Positions 1 through 13,399 are shown, counted from the first letter of the stretch. The stretch is DNA of 64,000 nt from Dicyema japonicum (GCA_011109175.1 RDEW01000056.1:186001-250000); one strand, 5' to 3'. Notes: a model not told the origin generated them from the letters alone. Program-made: numbers and translations.

Positions 1-233
1 AATTTTTTTTATTTTTTTTAAAAAAATAATTTTTCGAAACTAAGTAATTTAATTCGCGGAGTTTTGTGACAGTGCATATCTAAAATTTCGATCGTATAGA
101 TAAAGTAATATTGGCTTTGGTTTCACATGGACTGGAGACATGGATTTCCTTCTACCACTTTGTGTTGTTTGCGGTGAAAAACGTACGAATAGTGCTATGG
201 TTCCAAAAAACTTTGACGTCATTTTTCTACCAC

Positions 234-1366
234 GCACCCTGAACTTTCAAAGAAAAAAAAGAATATTTTATGCGGAAATTGGACCAAAATAAAGTTCAAG
301 CATCCCGTTTTACAAAAAATTCAAAATAAACGAAAAAGTAGTGCATGCTAGTTGTGTTGTTAATTTTCGCTAAAATATGAAATCACATATCATCGTCGAA
401 ACTGTTATTTTACCTGCAAACAAAAAATTAGTGAAGATAATGTTCGAAGAAATTGCTGCCGCTGAGCTCGACTTAATTCATATTTCTAATAATTCTGTGA
501 GCAGACAAATCAAGCATATGTCTGATGATATTAAACCACATTGGTTAAGCGAAAAAAAATCTCTGTTTTTTGCGCTTAAGTGGATAAAAGCTTAAATAAG
601 ACGGGAAGAATTCAATCCTTGTTTTCGTGACTCAATGTTTTCAATTGGTAGCATGCAAGGAACAAATGAAAATCTATTGAGTTGCGCAACAAAATAACTG
701 TTTTTCTGAAAAAAAATACAAATATGGAAACGACATATCAAGAATGGAAACTTGGAAATGTTCCCTCATTTGAAAGAAAGAAATTTTAAAGAAATTGTTC
801 CACAATTTGTAGACCATTTGGAGTCACTATTTACATGTACAAAAATTATTTTCCACCCAAATCAGTTGAACTCTATGATAGGGTAAGGAATCCTTTTGCT
901 GAGTACGAAACTACTGGAAACGAGCTATCATTAAAAGGAAGAAGAACTTGCGTTTGTTTCAAGTGACAGAACGTTTAAAATGGAATATTTACAGCTTGCT
1001 GTTGATTCTTTTTTATCTGATCATTAAAAAATAATATCCTATTCTGACAAACAAAGCTTTAAGGGGTTTGATGCAGTTTTCAACGACATATCTCTTGAAA
1101 GTGGATGTTCTGCTTTAACAAATATAAACCATAAAAACGCGCGAACCTACTGTATGTGGATGAAAACCTACGTTTATCCCTGTCAAAGACAAGGTTAAAT
1201 ATCACATAGTTATGCAAGAGACATCAGCCTCAACAATATCATAACTAGTATTTTATTTTTTTTATATTAGTAAAATACTGATATTTGCTAAAAACTATAT
1301 AAGGGTTCAGCATAAAATGAAAAATGTCGTTAGGGTTTCGTGCTTTCAAAAAGTTGGGAACCACTG
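234..1366 (+). mobile_element. hAT DNA transposon remnant (Charlie/Buster, ZBED5/ZBED8/FAM200-like), internally deleted, right TIR intact
   Basis: ORF 377-595 (KSHIIVETVILPANKKLVKIMFEEIAAAELDLIHISNNSVSRQI) matches the hAT 'PHTIAETLILPAC..LSNNTV.RRI' motif. The element ends in GTTGGGAACCACTG (reverse complement CAGTGGTTCCCAAC), a typical hAT TIR. No left TIR is seen. Confidence 0.85.
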
Positions 1367-1406
1367 GTGACGATGTCACTCGTCAAGGCAAGAAGCGTGG
1401 TAGATG
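1367..1406 (-). mobile_element. SINE internal fragment abutting the hAT TIR
   Basis: Reverse complement CATCTACCACGCTTCTTGCCTTGACGAGTGACATCGTCAC matches the SINE core at 56184-56228. Confidence 0.6.
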
Positions 1407-1439
1407 AATTTAATATTTAGCTAGAATAGACTGCAGAGA

Positions 1440-2322
1440 GACTTATGAACTAACTAATCACGTGATCCAGGCATGCTGCAACAGTGACCTCATCTTGGTC
1501 TAATGTTCCTTCCCCAAAACCAGACAGCACGTATAGGACGTAAAATTGGATATCCATAGTTGCACAGGCACGTCCCTCGGTTTTCACTGATTAGTAATCA
1601 GTAGGCCAACTAATTGCAATAAATTTCAATTTTTATTTATTTAACCCAAGACCACGGTAAAACCAAACTAATTATCACGTGATCCCGATGCATTCTAACA
1701 GAGACCTCATTTTTGCCCGGTATTCTTCCTTCGTGCCTACGCGTGAAAGTACAGGACAGCTGCCTGAATTTTCAAGGTCACCTTCCGTGATCTAGAGTCT
1801 AGTCTCATAAGGGCCTCCAGAGGCGTAGGTCCGGTTCGGTGATCTTCACAACTTTAACGCTCCGTTACTCTGAAAGCCCTATTGCATTTCCTCGATTTTC
1901 CTCATATTTGTCCAAGATATGGGCGGTCTCCACACAGCGCATGCATATGAGAAACATAACTCGATGTACTGTTTGTACACGTCCATCAAGACTGGGTGAG
2001 TACCACTCTTCCATATTCCCGATAAACTTTTCAGTATGTTATTTTCTTTATGCATTTCAATAGAATGTTTTCTACATGTGGTGTCAAACAGAGATGCACA
2101 TCAATTGTCACACCCAAGATCTTATGACATCTGTTGAAGGGGATGCCGACCTTGTATAACCTCAGAGTGACTGTCTTCCTTCTTAATCTTTTGTCAGAGG
2201 TAAAGTATTAACTCTGTTTTTTCTGAATTGATCTTCAAAAAACCACCTCTCCAGAATCGTTGTGGCTTTATCTACTGCAGTTCTTAGTACCTCCACATCC
2301 TCACGCTGGACTCACAAAGGGT
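1440..2322 (-). mobile_element. Two stacked 3' ends of Ingi/Vingi-like LINEs (family B)
   Basis: Two GGGATCACGTGA-ATTAGTT end motifs (1448-1468, 1667-1686) and a (TAAA)n tail. Homologous to 29378-30240 and 42100-42745; the RT C-terminal IPFNRCHKILGVT motif is present on the minus strand. Confidence 0.8.
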
Positions 2323-5098
2323 CATTTATTTATTTATTAATTAATAACCCCGAAAAGGGAACACCAAGAAAGAAGGAGTATCCAACTAATTAAGTGATCC
2401 CGGTACGCCTCAACAGGATCGAGAGGTTTTTCCTGTTCCTCCAGAGTATTCACGGCTTTCCTGAATAAACGACGATCATCTTTCATTAGGGTTTGAAGAG
2501 GAGTGGGGTTTTCCCCCAAATTTCGTGTATTTGAAGCCTTTAGCCTTGAATGGAAGAAACGACTTGTTTCTTGGCCACACAGACAGATGAAGCCGGAGCC
2601 ATTATTTTTGATTGCGGCGTGGTCAAGCATTGGAGGGAAAAGATCGGGGGGTAGATTCGTTTGACGTGCTAGTTTTCCAATTAGGGTACAGATCTTGAGT
2701 GCAAATGATATCGAAGCTCCATAGGCCCATGAGGCACAGGCGTACTCAATCGTCGGTTTTAGGAGTTGATTGAACACGACGATGGCGCATTCCTTTGAAG
2801 GTTTTGACTTCAAGAGCGGTTGATTATATTAAGTTTCCTGAGACTCTTTGTCATAACGTTCTTCACATGTTGAGAAAATGACATCAAAGGGTCAAATGTC
2901 ACTCCCAGGATAGTTGGACGAGTCTGTAGTGATAAGGAGTCTCCAAAATGTTCAAATCCAGTGTATGTTTTTCTTTTCTGTCCGTGGTGAAAATTGTATA
3001 TGTTGATTTGACCCTGGATACGGAGATACGATTCAACTTCAACCAGGCTCCCAGGTCGTCAATATGTGGCTGAAGCTCTGATTTTGCTGTACCCACGTAT
3101 TTGTTCCTGCTAGCGATGATTAGGTCGTCAGCATAAGTGAGAAGCATTGAATCTGGTCCTCCAGGGCAGGGTAAATCGTTGAGGAACAAGTTGAATAATG
3201 CCGGAGAGGGGCGATCCTTGAGGGACGCCATTTGGTAGGAGACGGGACCTCGATCTTGCGTGGCCTATACAGACACGTCCTCTTCTTCCGGAGAGAAAAT
3301 TGGCTATCCATCTTTTCAAATCCGTCTGAATGGTGGTGTCAAAAACCTTCTTCGTGAGTAATATTCTCGAGACAGAATCGAACGCCTTCTGGATATCCAG
3401 GGAAACCATTATTGTCCGTAGATGGCGTTTCGGTACGTTGAACCCTTCTGATATAAATTGAGACAGTGAAGTCAAATGTGTCGTAGTTGAACGCTCACAT
3501 TTGAAACCATGTTGAAAGTGGCAGTCGGGCAAATGGGGTTTAATTTTCCAGAGTACGAGTTTCTCCATTAGGCGCGATAATGCGCACGTTAATGAAATTG
3601 GACGGTAGGAAGAAGGTGAGGTTTTCGGTTTTCCTGGTTTAAGGATCGGTATTATAAGTGAGTTTTTCCATTTGCATTGGATGACGTTCATGTTAGAAGA
3701 CAAATTAAAAATTGACGTAATTGAATTGATTGCAGCATTACCAAAGTGTTTTCCCGGGATGGCGTCAGGTCCACACGTAAAAGATCTCTTCATCGATCTT
3801 ATAGCCTGTGTGACCTCGGCATGCGTAAACAGATTGATCCATGAAGTTGGTTTAGGCACTAAATTCCGAAAGTGACAAGAATGGATTTTCGAGAAGTCCT
3901 TGTGGCTTATGGATGCGTAATATTTCATTAGGTTGTTAGCTTGCACAGTATTTGGAGCAGAAAAAGATTCTGATTCATCTGATAAGTTTAGCTTGATTCG
4001 ACGAATAGTTTTCCATAAAAGACTCGTGGATTTCATATGTCCAATAGATGATAATAGGCGCTTCCACGCCCTATCTTTCTTTTCTCTGATGAGCTTTGTA
4101 ATTCTCTGATTTAAGCATTTTATATTTTGCAAATCAGAAGAGGTTTGCAGATGATTCATCTTCAGGGAGTTTCTTTGTTTGATGAGGAGACGAGTCTCCG
4201 AGTCCAGAGTAGGCTTGTAGGATTTATAAACTGCACGTGGTACAAACAACTTTTCAGCTTGAAGGATTACATGGTTTAGATGGTCCACTGCTTTGTCGAT
4301 GGAGCAAAATGAGGTGGGATCAAAGTGTATTAGGTTATTGTCAATGAAGAGCTTGAAATTCGACCAGTCAGCTTTCTTGTAGACCTTGAAGGTTGCTTTA
4401 ATTCTACGCGAGTTATTGAATCGGCTCAGTTTTAATATAATCGGATTATGATCACTATGAAAATCGTAGGAGACGTTCCATGAAATCTTCGGGGCAATCC
4501 TAGAGGAAGCAATGGATATGTCGGGGGAGGTTGGGTTGTCATTTCTTCGGATAGGTGTCCTTGTGAACACATTCGGGTGATTCAGAATCACCATTTTTTC
4601 GAGAGAGTCGATAATTAGACTCCCCCTCTTGTCTGCCGACTGGGTACTAAGCCATTGCGGATGTTTGGCGTTGAAATCCCCACATAGTAACACATTTCGA
4701 ATTTCTTGTAGTTTGTCGAGCTTCGGAACATAGTTATTAGGACAGGATCCCGGCGGTGGAATGTAAATGTTGATTAGAATAAGATGTTCTGACCCATTAA
4801 TAAGATCAATAGAAATTTGTTCCGCGGTCTTGTCGTGTAGAATTAAATCATCCACTTGCAAGCTTACATCGTGGAAGGATAGACCGTTTCTGATAATTGT
4901 GAGTAAGCCGCCACCACGTCCAATGCGGTCTTTTCTTATAGAGATGTATCCAGGAAAAAGTGGGGTTGAACTCTTTGTAGAAAGTTTTGACTCCTGGATA
5001 AGTCAGATGTCAATCTTGTGCTTCGTTAATAAAGATCGTAATTCCAGAATCTTTGTTTTTATTCCGTTAGCATTGAGTTGCATAATAACAAGGGGTTT

Positions 5099-5137
5099 TG
5101 GTCCGGGGTTTTGTTCAATATCTCCAGAAAGCAATAG
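5099..5137 (-). other. 2A-like ribosomal skipping peptide LLLSGDIEQNPGP
   Basis: Exact D(V/I)ExNPGP consensus, in frame, directly upstream of the APE domain. Confidence 0.85.
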
Positions 5138-5219
5138 AATCCAGGGGAACAAACAACATCTCGAGTTTTCAGTTGAGGTATACCGTCCAGGCATAAAGAG
5201 TCTGGATGGGGAAGAGCAA

Positions 5220-5282
5220 ATTGTTCTTTTTGATGTATTATTACACTGAGCGCCACCACAAAAAGGTGAGCCACATGACGCC
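5220..5282 (-). ncRNA. Degenerate HDV-like ribozyme fold at LINE 5' end
   Basis: P1 GGCGUC/GGCGCU, P3 ACC/GGU with 7-nt loop, P4 UGUA/UACA; P2 is imperfect. Homologous to 49754-49821. Confidence 0.5.
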
Positions 5283-7311
5283 ACGAGAAAATAATTCTTT
5301 CTTTTGACAGAAATAATTTTTATAAAGCAAATTCATAACCACATATCACTTAAATTTTCAAATTTATTTATTTAGAACTCAAATTTTAAATGTCTGAAAA
5401 TTTAAATATTTATAAAATATATTTTATCAACCCCTGCCAACAAAGTTATGGATAATTATTTCATGTCGGATTGAGAGATATTCACGTGCTGACATCGATA
5501 TTAAGCCTAATAAAACAGATGATCTGAACGTGCTGAGGAGCATAAAGGGCGGTCGAAAGAGGTTAGTGAATGGAATCGTTTTGGATGCTGCCATTTGGAA
5601 ATATAAAAATGTATGTTATATGGTCTTTGGCCGATTGACAACGAAAACCCAGCAAACCTCTCAAGCAATCCACTCTAAATTCTTTTTCAAACACTTTATG
5701 AAAGTTCATTGATTTCTTTACTTCAGAGTCTTACATAGGGAGAGTTACTTGGTATTAACAGTACTGTCATATGTGACCTACACAAATGTGCGAACTTGTA
5801 TTCACATAAGCCACCAGCCTTTTAATGTAACACTTGTTCAATATGAACACAAACTAGTTTCCTGTGAGCGGTTTCTACTGGTGAAGGATCCTTTCCCACG
5901 TCACGTCCTACCCACGTTTCTGACTTCATGGGAACACTTACAATGAGTAGGAAGGAGAGAAATCCTTTTCGGTTCCGGTCAGTAATTGGACGTCTCTTGA
6001 TTAAGGAAGATTCAACGACGCCTCTAAGAATGGAAGAAACCAAAACGCATGGAGGAAGTTTTTAAACAAACGACAGCACTAACCATTTCGCTACCAATTC
6101 CTTTTGGCAGTTACTTTCCTGTTAGCCACCTGTTCCTTTCACTTGAAAGGTGGGGGTAAAAAATAAATAACACGTTTTCATTAAATGCTATTTTAAGCTG
6201 CGTTTGTCGTAAATGCTTATGTTCAAATTGTGAAATTTGTAGTAATAAATGAATGACAGATAAGGGGAGTTCGAATGACGATCTGTTCGCCAGCATTGTG
6301 GACCTCTGTTATTGTGGGGTTAATAATTAAACTAATCATCGTCTTCGGTCCCTTCTACCAACTTGACAGTAATTTACGTCATCATTTTAGTCATTGTAAC
6401 CGATATTAAGTCATTTAAACGGAAACAGAAGGAATTTCGAGACTCCAAACTTTTCCTGGTGTACCAACCCTGCCATAAGGCTCGCCTTGAGTATCCCCCG
6501 GAGACTCTTCAGAGATTTTCTTCTATTCCCCGACTTCAGTGGATTTCTATAAATACGAAAGTTCAGACAAATCCAATTTCTACGTTGGACGCCACGTAAG
6601 AACCGTTGAACTTTGTGGGGACGGAATCTACGTAGTCGTGTCCCCCACAATAAGTGACCCCAATAATGTGAAAATTATTCATTTTATTGACGGAAACATG
6701 CAGGATTCGATTGATCACGGAAAAACTGACTGTCATTAATATATATTTCTGTGTAAATGAAGACTGGATCTGTTATTTAGTAACTAAAGAAAGTAGGAGA
6801 TAAAAGTTCTTTAAGGTGGATAAGTCGGTAACTACCCTCGACATAAAAATAAGGAGGACTCTAGCGAAACTACTTTCTGGACACTTCCTCCTTAGAGACG
6901 AGTCGGCCTCTTGGCTCCCATTATTGAATCATCTACCAATGACACTACGTTAAGCTCGAAGACTTGTGAAAGCGTCCTGACATCTGACGACGGCTGGTCT
7001 CATACAAGGTAGTGAGGTCAGGGCTACCAGTTAACAACTAACCTATGAGGTGGAAGTGTCGAAAAAATTTCGTAATCTGCAAATCCCACAATCATGGAAA
7101 CGTGGACGATGGCTTGTCTTACTTAACTTCGTCGTCGTCGTCGAGTCAAATTATGAATTTTTTTCAAAGATACGCCAATTTAGATATTTATTAACTACGA
7201 GATACCTCTTCTTTTGACTCGCTCCGCCTCCGATTTCTGCGCCACACAGATATACCTCAGGAAACGTCCACTTTTGTAGTTACTGTTCTATTAGCTACCG
7301 GTTCCCTTCAC

Positions 7312-9025
7312 TTAATTATTATTATTATTATTATAAGCAACTACATAGAATCATATAAACTATAATTCTATTCGTGCCGCGTCGAACAATCCTCTTAATT
7401 AGCCTTTCCCATCCCCTCCTGTCCGATGCCATGTTCCGCAGACTACTAAGGTCTTCACCGTCCTTTAGTTGTCTGGTTACTGATCTCAGGTCACCATTAA
7501 GGACTTCCAGAAGAGTTATTCTTGGACGACCTCTGAACTTCTCCCCTGACGTATCGAAGTATTCTTCCATGACGACGTTTGCTGGTGTGTCTTGTTCCAA
7601 TCTGAGAATATGGCAAAACAATCTCCAGCGAGCCTTCATGATCATGGTGCTCAGAGGTCCGGAACCGCATCTTCTATATAAATTTTCACTCCCTACACGC
7701 ATTGGCTTCTGTGAAAGGAGTCAAGGTTTTGTTCGTCCGTTTTCGAAATTCCCCACGTCCCAGAGTTGTATGTTAGTATGGGCCTCACGAACGCCTCATA
7801 CAACTTGAGTCGGAGTGATGGCCCGACCGAGCATTTTCTTATCCAACATTTCATAAGTTTTTGTATAGTAACCGTAGATAACAATTTTCTTCTTGCAATG
7901 TCTTCGGAGTCTCCGAGAAGAGAGCCAAGCTTTACGGTCTTCCTCCAACATTCACTATTGCGTAGTTCATCCGCTTAATTTCAACAATATCCGTTTTCTG
8001 AATTCAGTGATAGACACCATTTGGCCAAACAGCCTGATGCAACTTCCAAGAGACGTAAGAGTGCTTCTTTGTCAGTCGAGATAAAGTCAATATCATCGGC
8101 ATACACGATCTCCATAATATCATTGTTGTAATACTTCCGGAGGTCTTGCAGAGCCGATTCAAGGTATATAGAAACAATACTGGGGAAAGGAATCTCTTGG
8201 GGTGTGCCCACTGTTGAAATAATTTCCCGTGACAAACATTTTCAATACGCACTCGTAATCGTGTTTGATAAGAGTATCCGTATCAGAATAACCGAGTCCT
8301 TATCCAGGAAACTTTCAAGCTCTTCAATGAGATTTCCCCGACTGACAGTGTCGAAAGCTCTGGTCAGATCAATTCCAAGGATAGTCTTTGAGCTCCGGAA
8401 TCTTTGTTGAATAGCACATTGCCATCTATGGCACCATACTACATCAGCCGTTGATCTCCCTGTCCTAAAACCACTCTGGCTCTGGGCCAAGTACCCGTCC
8501 ACCGGCTCTTGGATCCGATTAAGAGTAATTAGGGCAAGGATCTTCCTTAAGGTGTTTAGAAGGATGACAGGGCGCAGGTTTTCAACTGGCCCAGAGGGTT
8601 TATTACTTTTTTGAACTGGTACTAGTATCCCCTTTCCAATTTCTGAAAAGTCCTTGTTTCTATCATGTCATTCAGCAATTTTGAGAGTTTATCTGCAAGT
8701 TCTGGAGTGCCAAATTTTAGCAATTCAGATGGTATATTATCTGTCCTGGAGAGCCCAGATTTAAGTTTCCTTTCGCCATGCAAACCTCCTCAGGTAAAAT
8801 GATACGTTCAAGTGTTGTGTTCTTAGGCGTGAAATCTGATTTTTCTCCTTTTACAAAGAACAGTTGTTCAATATGCGATGCTATGAACTCTGTCTGTTCT
8901 GCAACATTTCCTATTGTTTTTCCATTTCTGTCATGCAAAATAAGTTTCACTGATTGGCTCTTCCTCCGTATTAGTCGTATAGCCATGAATGTCGCAGCAT
9001 TGTCTTTAAGGTTTTCTACCTTCAC
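7312..9025 (-). mobile_element. RTE-clade LINE, 5'-truncated, frameshifted
   Basis: Fragments read QSGFRTGRST, GIDLTRAFDTVSR, GTPQ, YADDIDF, LRLKLYEAFVRPILTYNSGTW and WRLFCHILR..RGRPRITL. (TAA)n tail at 7312-7333. Confidence 0.88.
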
Positions 9026-9439
9026 TTAAAGAAACGGTAAATTTTATTTATTTTTATTTATTTAAATAATTATAGTTGTTGTGGTGTTGACATGTCCGTT
9101 TCTAATCATACCGAGAAATCGAATCCTATGGGCATCCTGCAAAATCAAATAAAGAAGATAGTATAGTAGAAGCAGGACCGTTGTCTGTGGGGTTGGATAA
9201 TGTCACAAGAACTAATATCAACATCGTTGGGAATATTGGTGCCAAAATCAACTTGCATTCACTATCTGCCATTATTGAAGAAGTTCCCAATGTGTCTCTG
9301 AAGCTGAGTGGGTATCTCAGATTTTTCTTGCCACGAAACAAAGATTTGGAAGGATACCTAGAGGTGGCTGGAACCTCGTACTTAAAAAGTTCAATGAAAA
9401 GTACTCCAAGAGTTCCAGTCTATGTCAGCTAAAAAAGAT

Positions 9440-12060
9440 GCTGAAACCTGAAAATCGGAATAACAATGTAAAAGGAGGCGAATGTTTCAAAGTGCAAAAT
9501 AATACTAATGTGGAAATTTCCACCTTCAGAAATTGCCTTGAGGAACTAAAAGTACAAATTGAGAAAATTTAGTCAATTCCGAGGGATACTCGAAAACCAA
9601 CACCCAAAATTCTGAGAAAGTATGTCAGAGTTAATGTTTCGTCGGGACTAAATTCTGCAATATATTATCTTACGAAAGATAATCCGCCTCAAGATATCAA
9701 TCAAATTACTGATATTCTATATGCTGCACAGTGTGCTTATATGACTTTAACTGCGAAGGTTAAACCGCAAAGTACGTGGTTGGAGAACACTGAAAAGAAA
9801 ATCTCAAAGCTGATGGCAGAACTAGAACTTGTCAATCGCTTTTCCAGACAAGCTCTCCCTGTGTATGAAAAACAAAAGGTTATGGATGTTCTTTGTGCCT
9901 ATGGATACAAAAGGGCCAAAAAGGGGAGGTTGCCAGGATTGAGGCTCTACTATGTGACCTTGTAAGAATTAAGAAGAAGCAAATAGCTGTACATCATTCG
10001 AGGAAGGACTTTCGCAAGGACAACTGTTGTTTTGAATTAAATCGAAGAAGATTTTATCGGAACCTATCAGCAAGCAATGAAGTAACGTTATATGGTTTCG
10101 ATGATGAGGATTGTATGTCGTTTTGGGAAAAAGTGTGGTCTAAAAGAAAAGAGATGAACGTGCCATATGACAGTGTGGGTAAAGTAAATACTGGTATTGA
10201 AGGCATGTTGCCAGAGTTCACAAATGAGTTTATCCTGGATGTTATTAAATGGCTCCCTGATTGGAAGGCGTGTGGATGCGATGGCTCATATAACTTCTTT
10301 ATTAAGAAAATGGAATCTTTACATGGCTTTTTATGTACTGAGATTAACCGAATTATTAATGGGAATATATGCCTGAAAGTTGGTTTTATACTGGAATAAC
10401 CTATTTAATTCCTAAAAAGGATGATTGTGAGACTCCTAAAGACTTACGTCCTATACGTGTATGCCAACTTTATATAAACTTATTACCAAATGTGTTAATT
10501 CCAAACTCTCAGATTTTGTGGATTCGTTTGGTCTATTATCTGACAATCAGCTGGGAACGAGGAAACATTGTCAGGGCGCTAAGGAACAGGCCCTTATTAA
10601 TCAATGCTTAAATAAGGAGTATGGAAACGCCCTTTATTCTGCTTGGGTGGATGTGAAGAAGGCCTTTGATTCTGTTGACCATGAATTTTTATTTCATGTT
10701 TTGGATTGACAGGAATACCCCGTTGGATTGTTAACTTTGTAAAGACCATAGTCAAGAAGTGGACTGTAAATCTCCACTTAGATGGAAGAAGAATTGGTTC
10801 TGTAAAACTGGGACGTGGAATTCTGCAAGGAGATTCATTATCCCCTCAACTATTTGTTATGGTAATGGAACCCTTGAGCAGGACCCTTAACTTTATGTTC
10901 CCAAGACTCCAAATTAATCAGGAGGATTCTAATACACTGACTTATTCTACAAATCATTTGTTATTCATTAATGACCTAAAGATATATGGGCTAAAAGAAG
11001 ATACTGTTATTAGAATGATGAAAGTTGTTCGCGATTTCTTTTATGTTGCCGGCTTGGAGATGAATTCGGAAAAGTCACTTTCTAATGTTAAATCGTTATC
11101 ATGTTGTGAGACTCTGGAAGGAGTCAGTGGATATCGATATTTGGGTGTTTTTGAAGATTAGGGAAGTAATGTTCTTAAAAGCAAAGTTATGGAGTCCATA
11201 CTTGAAAATGTTTAGTAGAGAATAACCATGCTTTCAAAAACAAAGTTAAATTCTGTGAACTTATTTCGCGCAATAAATGAATACGCAATGTCCCTAACTA
11301 TTATATAGGATTAATTAATATTGAACCTACGAATTTGAAGATATTGACCAACAAAGACGGCAACTGCTTACGTCACTCAAGTTGCACCTCAAACCTGCAA
11401 ATAAAGAGAGGCAGTATTTGGACATGGAAGACTTTTGGAAGAGGACTTTCCTCGATTTCATTAAAAAGCGAATTAATACTTTTCCAGTTTCTTAAAAGTT
11501 TGGAAAAACAGTCGACTATGCTCAATTATGTTCAAATGTGAAACAAATGTCGACCTATATAAAACAAATGTGAAACAAATGTCGACCTATATACTTCTTC
11601 AGAATGGTTATCCAAAGGAAATAACTGCCCACGGAGCGAAGCATTGAACTGTCTTTTGCAAGATAGGAATTTGTTTTTTGCACACACAGGGTCATTATGC
11701 AACTATTGTAAAAAAGCAAGAAAACTGTTGATCATTTGGCCACTCAGTGTGGAAAAATGCTAAATAGTGATTATCTCCGAAGACATAATGAAGTGGTAAA
11801 GTGCATCCATCTTCATCTTTGTCGAATTTATGGAATCAAAAGAAGCAAGAAATTGAAAGGACAATCGGTTCAGTCAATATTGACGAATCAAAATGTCGAA
11901 ATTAGAGTTGACACGTCGATTTTGACAGAAACAAAAGTCCAATACAATAAACTAAATATTTTTGTGTATGACAAAACAAAGAAGGAAGTAACTTTAATCG
12001 AAGTGGGGATTATATCATAAGACCGCTAAAGCAAGTTGATGTGAGAAACTTCACAAATAT
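9440..12060 (+). mobile_element. R4/Dong-like REL-endonuclease non-LTR retrotransposon, decayed
   Basis: Motifs FELNRRRFYRNL, WKACGCDG, GITYLIPK, GAKEQALIN, DVKKAFDSVDH and RGILQGDSLSPQLF. CCHC/REL region reads HLATQCGKMLNSDYLRRHNEVVK...IEVGI, with the PD motif mutated to LN. Many frameshifts. Confidence 0.85.
11533..11593 (+). repeat. 32-bp tandem duplication inside the R4-like element
   Basis: CAAATGTGAAACAAATGTCGACCTATATA occurs twice head-to-tail, at an apparent internal deletion junction. Confidence 0.8.
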
Positions 12061-13399
12061 GCTAAGAATAAGACTATAAAACTAAAATATATAAAGACTA
12101 TACAACTTTTTAAATATTAAAAAAATAAAAAATACTTTTCAAGATTTTTGGAAAATTTCAGAATAGTCAAATATCTTTGAAAAATAAAAAATTACGATAC
12201 ATAGTAGAGATTTCAGAATTGGCAACATTAAGGGAGATTATTGTATTTAAAATAATATTTTGAGGGTCAATTAAAGGCGACTTAATTCTTCGTCCATCGT
12301 GAGGTTGTCAATGAGAGTGAACATGTGGGTGATTTGGTTTTCCTCATCTATTAGGTCCAGTGGCTCCTTAGTCCTTGAACTGATCCTTGATAGCAGGCAT
12401 CATATTACTGTTATGTAGCCGGTTCTGTTGTTGATGTCTCCCTCGTGGAGAGTGTTTTTTAGAGTGGATTCGACACCAACAGTGAGTCATACACGTATGT
12501 GAGAGGAGTCATTCCTACCTGAAATGTAATGAACGAGTCCACAACCAATCACTCACAGTAAACACCAATGATACCATCTTCTGATAATTTTCCTTCTCAT
12601 TAGAGTCTTGGCAATGACCCTTACCTTACTCTCATGAACAGACACACTGGAATCCATTTATTAACCACAGGAACGCCAGGAAAGACAGTGCTAGTACAAG
12701 CTAGTTATGTAACCCCGAGATTGACAGATTGGAAGGAATCTCCTCATGAATGTTCGATCTTTTCTACTCAACGTGGATTAATCTCAATGTTGATAATGTT
12801 AATGATCATTTGTCAATTATGTGGGTGATTAAATACGGTATATTTAGCATGTAATTAGAATTTGTTCACTTTTTGGCAATAATAGAGCATTATCAATGAG
12901 TAATCCGATTGTTGGGGGATAATATGAGTTCACTGGGGACATTGAGTGTTCCATAAACAAGCAAATCAACAATGAACTGACTGCTTTCAACTTATACATG
13001 AATTTGGTTGAATAATGAACTTATAGATAGAGCAATTACTTCAGTCAAGTTACCGTGAGCTACCTGGGGGCCGCAAAGTACTTTGAGTTGGCATACTTGT
13101 TCTTTACTCTAATAATGTGAGTGTTTCGAACATGCGGTGCTATGAGTATTATGGTTCACGTGCTGCTATTATTATACGTGAAATAATCGTTGTTAATATT
13201 ATTTTAATACTGTCCTGTTCTGAGTTTACTGACGAATTCTACAAGGTCTTCAGTTGTGAGCTTTCTACGGAAAGTTTCCAGATCTTACAGGATTAGCAAT
13301 GTCATCCTCCAACAATTTATCATTGGTACAGTCGACGAGGTTATTTTTTTAACCTTGATATTTTTAATAATTGATGACGTCAAGTAATTTTCCAATGGT

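Larger units (their letters stand above)
2323..5284 (-). mobile_element. Near full-length Ingi/Vingi-like non-LTR retrotransposon (2A + APE endonuclease + RT), frameshifted
   Basis: ORF 5003-5284 reads LLLSGDIEQNPGP then QLNANGIKTK. ORF 3128-4861 has APE motifs NIYIPP, GDFNAKH and SDHNPI, and RT motifs YRPISL, QHGF, DIQKAFDSV and GVPQGSPLS. ORF 2899-3231 has YADD and ORF 2337-2813 is the C-terminus. No RNase H is seen; the element ends in a (TAAA)n tail. Confidence 0.9.

Noticed and set aside
4767-5249. Antisense ORFs over LINEs (e.g. 4767-5249 +, 45256-45702 -, 54945-55337 -)
   Set aside because: These are shadow frames of the retrotransposon coding strand with no independent motifs.
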